Shown here in pieces: positions 9,019 to 19,337 of a stretch of 64,000 bases of DNA (its first letter is position 1; every line of letters starts with the position of its first letter). The DNA is from Alphaproteobacteria bacterium. GTDB lineage: Bacteria; Pseudomonadota; Alphaproteobacteria; G963923945. Position numbers and translations under genes: made by a program. The DNA lies in assembly GCA_965199175.1 (NCBI GenBank), contig OZ240684.1, positions 1,579,288 to 1,643,287 of the forward strand. The letters run 5' to 3'. The notes beneath the pieces are model-generated. The model saw only the letters and a list, made by a program, of their open reading frames with translations, made no database searches and was not told where the DNA came from.

Positions 9019-9957
9019 GTGCTCAAAGTTCTCGTTCTTGGATCAGCTGCTGGTGGCGGATCACCACAATGGAATTGTAATGGCCCGGTCAGCCGGGCGG
9101 TGCGGAAGGGTGAACCGGGAACATCCCCACGAACACAATCTTCGATTGCGGTCACCGCCGACAACCGGTCCTGGTTCCTCTTTAATGCCTCCCCGGATCT
9201 GGGGAGCCAGATACTGGCCAATCACCAGCTTCACCCTGCCGATGATCAACTCCGGCACAGCCCGATTGATGGTGTCGTCCTGACCAATGGCGATGTTGAT
9301 CATGTTGCCGGCCTTCTCACCTTACGCGAACGCCACCCTCTGGCTGTTTATGCGCATCCACGGGTTCTCGATGTCATCGGCGGCAACAGCATCTTTAATG
9401 TTCTCAACCCCGATATGGTTGATCGACGGCCTTTGGTTATGAATCAACCGTTAGAATTGCTGAAAAAAGACGGCAGTTCCAGTCACTTAATCATTGAAGC
9501 CTTTGATGTTCCGGGAAAAATTGCCTTGTGGCTGGAAGACGAATCTGCTGATCAGGACAATTTTGGAACCCAGGCCGGGGATACCATCGGTCTTAAAATC
9601 ACCAGCCGGGACGATGATGCCTATTTCTTTTACATCCCGGGCTGCGCTGCAATGACGGCCAATCTGAGTGATCGCTTACATCATGCGCCTTTGGTCTTCT
9701 TTGACGGAACATTATGGCAGGATGACGAAATGGCACAATCCCAGGTCGGGGAAAAAACCGGCCAACGTATGGGCCATATGAGTAACTCAGGCCCTGACGG
9801 AACCATTGCCGCTTTCGCATCGCTGAATGTTGAGCGTAAAATTTTCATTCATATCAATACCACCAACCCTATCTTGCTCCCCCAATCACCCGAGCGCGCT
9901 GCTGCGGTTGCTGCAGGATGGGAAATTGCGCATGATGGTATGGAGGTTGTTCTATGA
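9019..9957 (+). CDS. pqqB: PQQ biosynthesis protein PqqB (metallo-beta-lactamase fold)
   Basis: GTG start. LKVLVLGSAAGGGSPQWNCNGPVS N-terminus is typical of PqqB. CAGGAG ribosome-binding site at 9008-9013. Confidence 0.9.
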   Translation: MLKVLVLGSAAGGGSPQWNCNGPVSRAVRKGEPGTSPRTQSSIAVTADNRSWFLFNASPDLGSQILANHQLHPADDQLRHSPIDGVVLTNGDVDHVAGLLTLRERHPLAVYAHPRVLDVIGGNSIFNVLNPDMVDRRPLVMNQPLELLKKDGSSSHLIIEAFDVPGKIALWLEDESADQDNFGTQAGDTIGLKITSRDDDAYFFYIPGCAAMTANLSDRLHHAPLVFFDGTLWQDDEMAQSQVGEKTGQRMGHMSNSGPDGTIAAFASLNVERKIFIHINTTNPILLPQSPERAAAVAAGWEIAHDGMEVVL

Positions 9958-10730
9958 AGGCCGCATCTCAAAACAACTCCCTGCCCTGGAGTCGGAAAGA
10001 ATTTGAGGCCGAACTCCGTGCGATTGGTGCGGAACGCTACCATGACCGGCATCGCTTTCACGCTCTGTTGCATGGGGGAAAACTCAATAAGGGACAGGTC
10101 CAGGCCTGGGCGCTCAACCGATTTTATTATCAATGTAATATCTCAATAAAAGATACCGCCCTTATGTCACGGATGCGCGACCCGACAATACGGCGCGACT
10201 GGATTCATCGCGTCCTTGACCATGATGGCCGGAGCAATGACGAAGGAGGGATTGAACGTTGGTTTAAACTCACCGATGGTCTGGGTCTTGAACGCGATTA
10301 TGTCATGTCTTGCCAGGGGATTTTACCCGCGACACGCTTTGCTGTTGATGCCTATGTGCATTTTGTACGCGAGCATTCGGTGCTTGAAGGCATGACCTCC
10401 AGCTTAACGGAATTATTTGCCCCCAAAATTCATAAGGAACGCATCGTCGGTATGCTGGAAAGCTATGACTTCATCAATGAAGAAACGATGGCGTATTTCC
10501 GCAAACGTCTCGGCCAGGCAACCAATGACGCTGATTACGTTCTCGAATACGCCCTCAATCATGCCAAAACCCGCACCGAACAGGAAGCTGTTTGCCGGTC
10601 CCTGATATTCAAGACAGATGTCTTATGGGTCCAGCAAGATGCCCTTTATCACGCTTATATCAATGGCCATATCCCGCCAGGGGCTTTTGTCCCTGAAGAT
10701 TTTGAGGACCGGCCACAGCTTGAACCATGA
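9954..10730 (+). CDS. pqqC: Pyrroloquinoline-quinone synthase PqqC
   Basis: ATGA overlap with pqqB; 258 aa; RYHDRHRFHALLHGGKL...WALNRFYYQ motifs of PqqC. Confidence 0.9.
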   Translation: MKAASQNNSLPWSRKEFEAELRAIGAERYHDRHRFHALLHGGKLNKGQVQAWALNRFYYQCNISIKDTALMSRMRDPTIRRDWIHRVLDHDGRSNDEGGIERWFKLTDGLGLERDYVMSCQGILPATRFAVDAYVHFVREHSVLEGMTSSLTELFAPKIHKERIVGMLESYDFINEETMAYFRKRLGQATNDADYVLEYALNHAKTRTEQEAVCRSLIFKTDVLWVQQDALYHAYINGHIPPGAFVPEDFEDRPQLEP

Positions 10731-11041
10731 ACACAGCAACCGATAAAAACCCGGCCAGCCAGAGGGTCATCATCAACCCGGATTCGATTCCGCATCTGCC
10801 GCGCCATGTCAAGTTACGTTACAACGAACCCCGCCAACAATGGGTCATTCTGGCTCCCGAAAAATTACTGGTTCCCGATGACATTTCAGTAGCCATTTTG
10901 CAAATTTGTGACGGTAAAAATACGGTTACAACCATCATTGATCAGTTGGCTGAGCAGTACCAGGCCCCGTATGAAGTTATTTCCACCGATGTCACAGCAC
11001 TGCTGCAAGATCTCACCGATAAAGGTTTTATCATCACCTGA
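10727..11041 (+). CDS. pqqD: PqqD peptide chaperone (RiPP recognition element)
   Basis: 104 aa; 4-nt overlap with pqqC; LRYNEPRQQWVILAPEKLLVPDDISVAILQICDG pattern. Confidence 0.85.
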   Translation: MNTATDKNPASQRVIINPDSIPHLPRHVKLRYNEPRQQWVILAPEKLLVPDDISVAILQICDGKNTVTTIIDQLAEQYQAPYEVISTDVTALLQDLTDKGFIIT

Positions 11042-11082
11042 CCATCCCACCCCGATCCATTCCTTAACCCCAGGAGGAGAAT

Positions 11083-12258
11083 ATGGAGCACCAGGACTCT
11101 TCCCCAGCCGATACCCATACCACCCGAAAAGATAACCGAAAATCAGGACCAAACACCGGTCTTGATATGCCCCTGGCTTTACTGGCCGAGTTGTCCCATC
11201 GTTGTCCTTTGCAATGTCCCTATTGCTCTAATCCTCTCGATCTGGAAAGAAAAAATAACGAGCTGGATACAGAAACATGGCTGCGAATCTTCGACGAAGC
11301 AGCAGCAATGGGGATTCATCAGGTGCATTTTTCCGGCGGTGAACCCACTGTACGCGCCGACCTGGAGGATATGGTCGAGCATGCCGCCAAAGCCGGACTC
11401 TATGGGAATCTGATTACCTCAGCAGTGCTCTTAGATGAAGAACGCCTGAATACTCTTGCCAAACGCGGATTGGAACATGTGCAAATCAGCTTCCAGGATA
11501 CCCAGGAAGACAACGCCGACCGCATTGGTGGCTATAAAGGTGGCCACGCCAAAAAATGCGCCGCCGCCCGGGCCGTACGCTCTGTTGGCTTGCCCCTGAC
11601 TGTCAATGCCGTCGTGCATCGCCAGAATATCGATAATGTCGGCCAATTCATTGAAATGGCCGTAGAACTGGATGCTGAACGAGTCGAGATTGCCCAGGTG
11701 CAGTATTATGGCTGGGCCTTAAAAAACCGCGCCGCTTTCATCCCAACACCACAACAATTAGAACAAACGACCCAAACCGTTGAAGCCGCCCGCGAACAAT
11801 ATAAGGGCATCATCGCGATTGATTACGTCATCCCGGATTATTACGCCAAACGCCCTAAAACCTGTATGGGAGGATGGGGCAGACGCTTTTTGAATATCAA
11901 CCCGACCGGGTTGGTTCTTCCCTGCCATGCTGCTCAATCGATCCCCGGAATGGTGTTTGATTCGGTCCGGGAACATGATCTTGAATGGATATGGAAACAT
12001 TCCGAAGCATTCAATATCTATCGGGGAACTGACTGGATGCGTGAGCCGTGCCGCTCTTGCGAACGCAAGGAAATTGACTTTGGCGGGTGCCGCTGCCAGG
12101 CCATGGCACTGACTGGCCGTGCTGATAATACCGACCCGGCATGCGCCTTATCACCCTTACATGAAGAAATTTTTGGAATGGCCGAACTGGAAGCCAACCG
12201 GCCACCGCCGGAATTCATCTACCGACGTATCGGGGCCCAGTTTAACAGCCCCTTTTGA
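11083..12258 (+). CDS. pqqE: PqqA peptide cyclase PqqE (radical SAM/SPASM)
   Basis: CPLQCPYCSN radical SAM motif; C-terminal Cys-rich SPASM region (CRSCERKEIDFGGCRCQA). Confidence 0.9.
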   Translation: MEHQDSSPADTHTTRKDNRKSGPNTGLDMPLALLAELSHRCPLQCPYCSNPLDLERKNNELDTETWLRIFDEAAAMGIHQVHFSGGEPTVRADLEDMVEHAAKAGLYGNLITSAVLLDEERLNTLAKRGLEHVQISFQDTQEDNADRIGGYKGGHAKKCAAARAVRSVGLPLTVNAVVHRQNIDNVGQFIEMAVELDAERVEIAQVQYYGWALKNRAAFIPTPQQLEQTTQTVEAAREQYKGIIAIDYVIPDYYAKRPKTCMGGWGRRFLNINPTGLVLPCHAAQSIPGMVFDSVREHDLEWIWKHSEAFNIYRGTDWMREPCRSCERKEIDFGGCRCQAMALTGRADNTDPACALSPLHEEIFGMAELEANRPPPEFIYRRIGAQFNSPF

Positions 12259-12413
12259 TCATCTGTTTTGGATATTTGCTTTGGGTCATGACCACAGCTG
12301 AGGACTGATCGCGCGCGCAAAACCGGTCAAATATTCCCCAGGGAATCTATCTTAGATAACCGGCAGATATCCGGCCAAAAAACAGCCGCAATCAATCTGT
12401 TAAGGGGCTTCTG

Positions 12414-13340
12414 TTAAGGGGCTGATGCAGAGGTTCGCTTTTTACGCTTCGGTCTCAAAGGCCGTGTCGGGACGTGATGCCTGGCCAGAATAGCCTTAAT
12501 CTGATCCTTGTTTTCCTGAAGAAAACGATTGAGCGTATGCTTCCAGTCAGTCTCACCGGGACGAACCCCCATCGTCATCAGGAAATCCATCTTCCCCATA
12601 TTCTGATCCCAGCTTTCAATCGGCACCACGACATAATCACCCGGTTTAAGACCCGATTTTCTGAGATAATATTCCCCGACCGGCTGTGAGATATAGGCAA
12701 TATCAATCAACCCATCAATCAGGTCCTCAATCATCTCCTGACCGACATTATGGATTCGGGTGTCAAACAATAATTTATAGGGGCGAACCCGGCTCATTAA
12801 GTTATAACGATGAATAACATTATTGGGCGGTGTTCCAGCCACCGTTCCCAGCCGAAGCTCAGCCAGTTGAGGGTGATCCGGACGATCAACCTCAATACCG
12901 GCATCGGCCAGATAAATCATCGCATACCCCCAACGGTAATAGGGATTGGTATTAAGAACCAAAGGATCCCCGGTCGGAGTACCGATGATAACGTCACATT
13001 TCTTTTTGCTCAGGGTGTTGCGGGCAAACGCGATCACTTGCGGGAAGTATTCATAGGATACCGGAATCCCCAACCAATCGGCCAGTAAGACAGCGATGTC
13101 ATTCTCAAAGCCTTCCCCTTTATCATTGGTGAAAGGCATATTGTTGGGATCAGAACAAACCCGTAAAGCCGAGCGATCCACCGCCTCAATGGCTTTTTTA
13201 CTGGCCGCAAGAGACGTATCGCTTCCGAAAGACAATCCGATAAAGGCCACCGCCATCATTGCGATGCCATCGAAAAGATGCTTCCGACACTCAGCGCATA
13301 ACAGCTTTATCCGCTTCATCTTCATTCTTTCCATAACCAA
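12414..13340 (-). CDS. xoxJ: Methanol dehydrogenase-associated periplasmic binding protein XoxJ/MxaJ (PBP type 3)
   Basis: ALRVCSDPNNMPFTNDKGEGFENDIAVLLADWLG is the MxaJ/MoxJ signature. Lies downstream of xoxG. Start may be one of several adjacent ATGs (MVMERMKMKRIK). Confidence 0.75.
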   Translation of the reverse strand: MVMERMKMKRIKLLCAECRKHLFDGIAMMAVAFIGLSFGSDTSLAASKKAIEAVDRSALRVCSDPNNMPFTNDKGEGFENDIAVLLADWLGIPVSYEYFPQVIAFARNTLSKKKCDVIIGTPTGDPLVLNTNPYYRWGYAMIYLADAGIEVDRPDHPQLAELRLGTVAGTPPNNVIHRYNLMSRVRPYKLLFDTRIHNVGQEMIEDLIDGLIDIAYISQPVGEYYLRKSGLKPGDYVVVPIESWDQNMGKMDFLMTMGVRPGETDWKHTLNRFLQENKDQIKAILARHHVPTRPLRPKRKKRTSASAP

Positions 13341-13470
13341 CGAACCAGGAAACCCGATTCCCCAGACAACCCGACTCCGGTTGGGTCATCAAAGTTTTAA
13401 ACCATCACATTCTTCAGAACATTCAAAACGTTTAAGAACATGAGATTTCAGCCCCGGATCAAAACCTGGT

Positions 13471-14073
13471 CTATTCTTCCTCAACAAATTTAGACAATTT
13501 AGGAATTCTTGTTCCCCGGCGGACCTTGCCTTCATTACGCATCAGCAAATAACGATACAAGTCCTCAACATGTTCAGCAACATTGGGGTCCTCACCAAAA
13601 GCAGGCATCACATTCCCTTCAGCCGCCCCTTGTGTGGAATCGCGGCCATTGATCACAACCGCGAAAAAGTCATCCCAGCTTAAATAGTCAAGGGATTCTA
13701 CCAGGCCCGGAGCATATGTACTCCCCAGACCATCCGGGCCATGACAAACATGGCAATCGGAATGATACCGCCGCCAGCCATTATAGGTCGCAAAATCCAT
13801 CCAGCCATAAACCGGTTTACGATTTTCTCCCTCACCTTCGTAATAGAGGATGTTGTCCCCTCTCTCACTCTTGCCAAGCTCATAAGCATATGTGGGATTT
13901 CCATCATCATCATATTGCGCCCCTATAGCCGGCGGCTTGGCGGAAGCCAGGTCAGGGGACAACAAAAACACCACCCCAATGACTGCCGCCCCAACCAAAA
14001 AACGCACTGATGAGGCCAGATGTCCGGCAACGGTTTTTGCCCATAGATTCCGTGTTATCTCTTTGGTTTTCAT
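13471..14073 (-). CDS. xoxG: Cytochrome c-L (XoxG/MxaG), electron acceptor of methanol dehydrogenase
   Basis: CHVCHG heme-binding site. Signal peptide after MKTKEITRN. GGAGG ribosome-binding site complementary to 14085-14090. The track ORF extends 24 nt further upstream. Stop codon is TAG. Confidence 0.8.
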   Translation of the reverse strand: MKTKEITRNLWAKTVAGHLASSVRFLVGAAVIGVVFLLSPDLASAKPPAIGAQYDDDGNPTYAYELGKSERGDNILYYEGEGENRKPVYGWMDFATYNGWRRYHSDCHVCHGPDGLGSTYAPGLVESLDYLSWDDFFAVVINGRDSTQGAAEGNVMPAFGEDPNVAEHVEDLYRYLLMRNEGKVRRGTRIPKLSKFVEEE

Positions 14074-14199
14074 GCTGAATTTTCCTCCCTTAGACACTCA
14101 AATGGTTCACCCTGGCAATGAACAGATCTTTAGTTATTTTATTCTGATCACTTTCTGATTTGATCACTTTGCGCTCTGATTACCAGGGAAAATCGCGAA

Positions 14200-14340
14200 A
14201 TCTGTTTTTTCGCTCTGTTTTTAATTTTTGATTCTAATTTTAATTTTTGATTCTAACTTTTGATTTTTAAATCTGTTTTCATTCTGAACATATTTTTACT
14301 CTGAACATACTCTTACTCTAAACATATCACGTATCAACAT
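14200..14340. repeat. AT-rich tandem repeat block (tttttaatttttgattctaa x2; ttctgaacata / ttactctgaacata variants)
   Basis: Seen in the 500-bp xoxF-xoxG spacer. Confidence 0.6.
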
Positions 14341-14544
14341 GTCACTTCTCAATACGAATTTGTTTTCATCACATAGAAATATAGAAGAACAATACGTCAA
14401 ATATAAGGATAAAAAAAGAGGAATCAAACCACTTCGCACCCTCATCACCGCCATTGATCCGTTACAGTCCTCTTAAAAATTACCTAAAAATTTTCTTCCT
14501 GGCCCAAGACCTTTAAACAAAGCCCGGAAATAATGATTATGCGG

Positions 14545-14575
14545 AAAAAAGGCCCGGCGCACGAAGCGCCGGGCC
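14545..14575 (-). terminator. Rho-independent terminator downstream of xoxF
   Basis: Perfect inverted repeat GGCCCGGCGC acgaa GCGCCGGGCC at 14551-14575, followed on the minus strand by TTTTTT (14545-14550), 28 nt after the xoxF stop. Confidence 0.75.
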
Positions 14576-14603
14576 CATTCGAGTATTGGTTGGATCAAAA
14601 AGC

Positions 14604-16433
14604 CTACGGCAAAGCGAAGACGTTCAGATCACCACCCAGAGCAGTGTACTTGTTGAGAGCCTTATAGGCACCAACAGCACCCAGGCCAGCAGAGTCGTCA
14701 GTCAGGCCAGCAGCCAGACCGATACCAGCCCAGCCTCCGACACCTGAGAGGACACCAACATACTGCTTGCCTCTGTGAGTCCAGGTATGGAAGTTACCGA
14801 TAATCCCGGAACCAACTTTTTGGGTCCACAGATTCTTACCGGTTTTCGGATCAACGGCTTTGGCTTTTCCGTCCAATGTGCCGTAGAAGACAACATCACC
14901 AGCGGTCGCCAGAGCACCGGACCAGACTGAGAAGGGTTCAGGAACACTCCACAGAATCTTGCCCTTGCCGGCATCCCAGGCAATGAAGTTGCCCAGATGC
15001 GTACCACCCGGAGCCGGATACATGCTCAAAGTCGCACCGACATAGGCGTTACCAGCCACATAATCGACCTTGAATGGCTCATAATCCATGCAGACATGGT
15101 TGGTCGGTACATAGAAAACGCCAGTCTTCGGCGAGAAAGCAGCCGGTTGCTGATCTTTGGTTCCAAGAGCCGCCGGGCAAATGCCGGTGGTGTTGACGTC
15201 CTCGCCCTGATGAGCGGTCGAGTAACGATCAACGACCTGGGGACGACCTGTCTTCATATCGACATGGGTGGCCCAGTTCACAGCCGGATCATACTTCTCA
15301 GCAACGAGAAGCTCACCGGTTTCCCGGTCCATGGTGTAGGCAAAACCGTTCCGGTCAAAATGAACCAGAGTCTTGCGCTTTTTACCTTTGACATCGATGT
15401 CAGCGAGAATCATCTCATTAACACCGTCATAATCCCACTCGTCATACGGGGTCATCTGGTAAAGCCATTTGGCCATTCCAGTGTCCGGATCACGGGCATT
15501 GATGGTCATGGACCATTTGTTGTCGCCCGGACGAACCACCGGGTTCCAGGTGCTTGGGTTCCCGGTTCCGTAATAGAACAGATCAAGATCCGGGTCCCAG
15601 GAGTACCAACCCCAGATGGAACCGCCACCGATTTTCCAGGAATCACCCGGCCATGTCTTCAGGCTGGAGTCCTTACCAACCGGCTGCAACATGGAGGTGG
15701 TCTTTTTGGGATCCACCAGCATATCCGAGTCCGGACCCATGGAATAGGCACGCCACAAGCGCTTGCCGGTATTCATGTCATACTGTGTCCAGTTACAACG
15801 AACACCGAATTCAGCACCCGAGCAACCCACACCAACATAGTCCTTGACGATGAACGGAACACCGGTACCGGTGGAAGCCGAAACACCGTAGTTACCAACG
15901 CCGGCATCCATATTGGTGACTGTCCAGATTTCTTTACCGGTCTTGGCATCCAACGCAATCACGCTGGTGTCAGCAGCATGCAGGAAGATTTTTCCGTCAG
16001 CATACGCAACACCACGATTGACGTTGTCACAACACATAACCGAGATCACGCGGTCCATGGTCTCACCACTTGGATACTTACCGCCCTTGACCGGGTTATA
16101 CTTCCAGATGATGCTCTGGTCGTTCAGGTCAATGGCATAAACGATATTCGGAATCGCCGTATGAATCCACATGGTGTCGCCGATAACCAGCGGACCACCT
16201 TCGTGACCACGCAAAACGCCGGTCGAGAAGATCCAGGAGACCTTCAGGCTTCCGACATTTCCACGATTGATCTGATCCAACTGACTGTAACGATGTGCCT
16301 CGTAATTACCTGTCGGCATCGCCCAGTTGTTGGGGTCTTGAGTTAACTTCAGCAATTCATTGTTCGCCTGAGCAAAGCCCGGGAGAGCGAAAACTGCCGA
16401 GGCCACTAATGAGGCCTTATATACACTCTTCAT
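14604..16433 (-). CDS. xoxF: PQQ-dependent methanol dehydrogenase, XoxF (lanthanide-dependent) type
   Basis: Eight-bladed PQQ propeller sequence. Contains WDYDG (Asp after the catalytic Asp, the Ln-coordinating residue that distinguishes XoxF from MxaF). Signal peptide [23 protein letters not shown] with a GGGAGGA ribosome-binding site; the track ORF start at 16487 is probably 18 codons too long. Stop codon is TAG. Confidence 0.9.
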   Translation of the reverse strand: MKSVYKASLVASAVFALPGFAQANNELLKLTQDPNNWAMPTGNYEAHRYSQLDQINRGNVGSLKVSWIFSTGVLRGHEGGPLVIGDTMWIHTAIPNIVYAIDLNDQSIIWKYNPVKGGKYPSGETMDRVISVMCCDNVNRGVAYADGKIFLHAADTSVIALDAKTGKEIWTVTNMDAGVGNYGVSASTGTGVPFIVKDYVGVGCSGAEFGVRCNWTQYDMNTGKRLWRAYSMGPDSDMLVDPKKTTSMLQPVGKDSSLKTWPGDSWKIGGGSIWGWYSWDPDLDLFYYGTGNPSTWNPVVRPGDNKWSMTINARDPDTGMAKWLYQMTPYDEWDYDGVNEMILADIDVKGKKRKTLVHFDRNGFAYTMDRETGELLVAEKYDPAVNWATHVDMKTGRPQVVDRYSTAHQGEDVNTTGICPAALGTKDQQPAAFSPKTGVFYVPTNHVCMDYEPFKVDYVAGNAYVGATLSMYPAPGGTHLGNFIAWDAGKGKILWSVPEPFSVWSGALATAGDVVFYGTLDGKAKAVDPKTGKNLWTQKVGSGIIGNFHTWTHRGKQYVGVLSGVGGWAGIGLAAGLTDDSAGLGAVGAYKALNKYTALGGDLNVFALP

Positions 16434-17269
16434 GATAGGAATATCCTCCCCATAAATAACAAGATCGCCGCCAATCAAATATCTCACATCAAACTTCCGA
16501 CACAGCCCTCACGGGCAGAACGGAAAAATGCAAGCCGATCAATCAACGGCAGTTTCAGTAAGGGTCAAACCCGTCTCTGGTCGTCAATCCTGAGGGTGTC
16601 AATCCTGAAGCAGGATCAGGGACATCTGAATCAATGCTATCCATTCCTTACCACCGATACTCCCGGATTACCTGTTACCTACCCATACTTGATTACCCGG
16701 GAACTCTTCTACCAACTACGAGAATGACTCATAGAGAATGGCGACTTCGAATTGGACGGCACCAACCGCAAAAGGTCGCAAAACACAGCAACCCAATAAC
16801 CCTGATAAATGATACCCCATGGAAGTGACGTAAAATGAACCTTACCATCCCGAAGAATTGAATGACCACACACGCACCGGAAAACGGCAGGAATGTAAAA
16901 GCCAGATCAATCCTCAATCGGGACCTTCCCGGTATATTGGCCTGATTTTCCCGGTATTCAAGCGAAAAATGAATATTGGGTAAATTTTTCTCATATTTTT
17001 CTCATATTCCATATGCGTCAATATCGAAAAAACCCCCAAAACATCGGAAAAATCAGCTCAAAAGCATCCCAATCATGGTCAGTGATTTTTCGATTGTTAC
17101 AGTCGGTTATTATAGCAAGAACCCCGGGATAAAAATGATCGTCTCAAAGATGTGACCACGCCTGGTCTGGATTTTACAGGTTTTTTATGCGTACCCTGAT
17201 TGGTTAAAGAATTCTTAAAAAAGATTGATACTATAGAATCGAGCACAATATATAAAACTGAGCACAATA

Positions 17270-17400
17270 CTCATGAGTGGTATTATATGAGTGGTAGTAT
17301 AGTATTATATATGAGTGAGCATGATATGATTAAGCATGTGATATGATATGAAATATATGATATTAAGATCGATATGTGATTAAGCGCGATTAAGACAACA
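17270..17400. repeat. AT-rich degenerate tandem repeats (gagtgg-tat / atgatatg / gattaag motifs)
   Basis: Seen in the 1-kb xoxF-soxYZ divergent spacer. Confidence 0.5.
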
Positions 17401-17535
17401 ATTTACGCATTCTATTTATGAATTGTGCTATTTACGAATTGTGTAGCAGCCAGGAAATATCATCATAACCCAGGAGCATTATAATAACTGGGCAACATCA
17501 TGACTGAGGAATATCATCATGAGGGGAATATCATC

Positions 17536-18468
17536 ATGAAACGTAATCTTTGTAACACAACAACAGTTTTGGAAACGGCCTCACAGACAGGCCGCCCCCA
17601 TAAAAATACCCTCACCAGGTGGCGGCAACACAGCGTAATCGCTGTTTTTCTGGGTTTTATGCTGGCCGCAACCTCAGCGATGGCTGAAGAACCAGCCACA
17701 AGCAAAAATACTGCCCCTGATCCGGAGGCTTCGGAAAACTGGCAAACCATCAAAGAAACCCTCTACGAAGATACGGAACTTTCTGATGGCAGCCAATGGA
17801 TGTCCTTTGAAACCCCTTACCGGGCTCTGGATGCCGCAATCGTTCCGATTGATCTCAAAATGGATCGCCAGCAAACCGATGAAGAATATGTCAAATCGGT
17901 TACATTTATCATTGATGAAAACCCTTCCCCGGTTGTTGCCGTCTTCAACTTAACCCCTAAAAGCGGCCTGGCTGATCTCTCGACACGAGTGCGCATTGAT
18001 AAATACACCTTTGTCCGGGCCATTGCTGAAATGAATGATGGACGTCACTTTATGGTGGCTAATTTCGTTAAGGCAGCCGGCGGGTGCTCGGCTCCGGGAC
18101 TGGCTGGTCGCGAGGCCGCAATGGCCCGTCTGGGTAAAATGAAGCTGAAATTTTTGGATGCCGGGGTTGGGGAAAGCCCTGCTCAGGCCCAGCTTTTGAT
18201 CAGCCATCCCAATTATTCAGGGCTGCAATTCGATCAAATCAGCCGGACTGAAATTCCCGCACATTATGTTGATTCAATCACTGTGAGCCAGGATGGAAAG
18301 GAAATTTTCTCAGCTGCTCCGGATATTTCGCTCTCCGAAGATCCGAGTATCCATTTCCATTACCGTGATGATGGTGGCCCGATTGACGTAGTCGTTACCG
18401 ATACCGAAGGCAGCACTTTTAAGAAAAGCTGGTCACCAACTCCTAAAACCCCGAACGCCGATGGCTAA
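17536..18468 (+). CDS. Quinoprotein dehydrogenase-associated SoxYZ-like carrier protein (SoxY-like plus SoxZ-like domains)
   Basis: Internal GGCSAPG motif resembling the SoxY Cys-carrying loop, followed by a SoxZ-like beta-sandwich (QLLISHPNYSGLQFDQ...HFHYRDDGG). Divergent from xoxF. Start ambiguous among three in-frame ATGs at 17500, 17524 and 17536 that lie inside a duplicated aatatcatcatga segment. Confidence 0.55.
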   Translation: MKRNLCNTTTVLETASQTGRPHKNTLTRWRQHSVIAVFLGFMLAATSAMAEEPATSKNTAPDPEASENWQTIKETLYEDTELSDGSQWMSFETPYRALDAAIVPIDLKMDRQQTDEEYVKSVTFIIDENPSPVVAVFNLTPKSGLADLSTRVRIDKYTFVRAIAEMNDGRHFMVANFVKAAGGCSAPGLAGREAAMARLGKMKLKFLDAGVGESPAQAQLLISHPNYSGLQFDQISRTEIPAHYVDSITVSQDGKEIFSAAPDISLSEDPSIHFHYRDDGGPIDVVVTDTEGSTFKKSWSPTPKTPNADG

Positions 18469-18597
18469 AACCGGCCTGTGACCTTTTCAGGTATGATCGC
18501 ATTGATCATACCCATCCTGTCATACGTGGTTTCGTACTGCGATCGGTTTGAGATGCTCTGGGGGCACGCCGCCGGGTATCGTTTTGTACTGGCTGTT

Positions 18598-18706
18598 ACT
18601 TTCTTAACGTGGCGGTGTCCTTAACGTGGCGGTCTGGTTCCTGGTGCGGCATTACGTATTACGTAACTTAACGTGTTACGTAACATAACTACGTAACGTA
18701 ACAGCG
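18598..18706. repeat. Direct repeat cttaacgtggcggt x2, followed by a cluster of TTACGTAA-type palindromes
   Basis: attacgtattacgtaacttaacgtgttacgtaacataactacgtaacgtaac, in a convergent spacer. Confidence 0.6.
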
Positions 18707-18844
18707 TCTCCTGATCCCCCGACCAACCCCCAAACAAGAGACACATCCGGAATAGTTTTCCGGGACAGTTTTACCGGCAACGCAACAGCCCGGAACAGAT
18801 GATCTCAGGGGTATCATCCCTGATCGATCATTGAAAACATCAGC

Positions 18845-19216
18845 TTAGAAGCATTCAATCTCAGAGGCGGCCTGAGCACGGAACAATTTTTCCAGAGGAG
18901 CTTTTGCAATGCCAACGCTTTGATAGGCTTCTTCACGCGGGGTGGTTCCGAGCTGTAAGCGAAGGATAGCCTCAGCTTTTTCATAATCTTCAAAACTCAG
19001 ACGGGCCGCAATAACATCAATAGCGCAGCTGCATTTTTTAAGAAAATCCCGATTCATCTCATTAGAAGCCATACAGGCAAAAACGAATTGAGAGCGGGCA
19101 TAGGTTGGATAATCATTGACTCGTTTTTTGGCAACCGCAGAAAGCGGCGCGCAGGCCAAAACAATCAATGTACTGACCAGGACAGCTTTTTGAGCAGCTT
19201 TTTGAATATGATTCAT
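18845..19216 (-). CDS. Hypothetical secreted protein (123 aa, 4 Cys)
   Basis: Signal peptide LVSTLIVLACAPLSAVA; no recognisable domain. Confidence 0.4.
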   Translation of the reverse strand: MNHIQKAAQKAVLVSTLIVLACAPLSAVAKKRVNDYPTYARSQFVFACMASNEMNRDFLKKCSCAIDVIAARLSFEDYEKAEAILRLQLGTTPREEAYQSVGIAKAPLEKLFRAQAASEIECF

Positions 19217-19337
19217 TGAGGCATCCTCATTGTTACGATCAATTTGATGAATTTCACATCGATAGATTTTACGTGATTTTATGGGATTTTACGACAGCAT
19301 GAGTCCATAGCGTGAATCTGTACTATGAATATACGGG

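Noticed and set aside
8744-9221. Two minus-strand ORFs (79 and 90 aa) in the pqqA-pqqB spacer and the pqqB start
   Set aside because: No ribosome-binding site, no motifs, overlap the pqqB N-terminus; AT-rich promoter region.
14997-16346. 449-aa ORF on the plus strand
   Set aside because: Exactly antisense to xoxF. Low-complexity composition with no motifs. An artefact of the strong codon structure of the opposite strand.
16488-17499. Possible hidden gene or ncRNA in the 1-kb xoxF upstream spacer
   Set aside because: Only ORFs shorter than 65 aa with no ribosome-binding site or motifs. No recognisable RNA family signature by eye. Left as a long AT-rich regulatory region with repeats.
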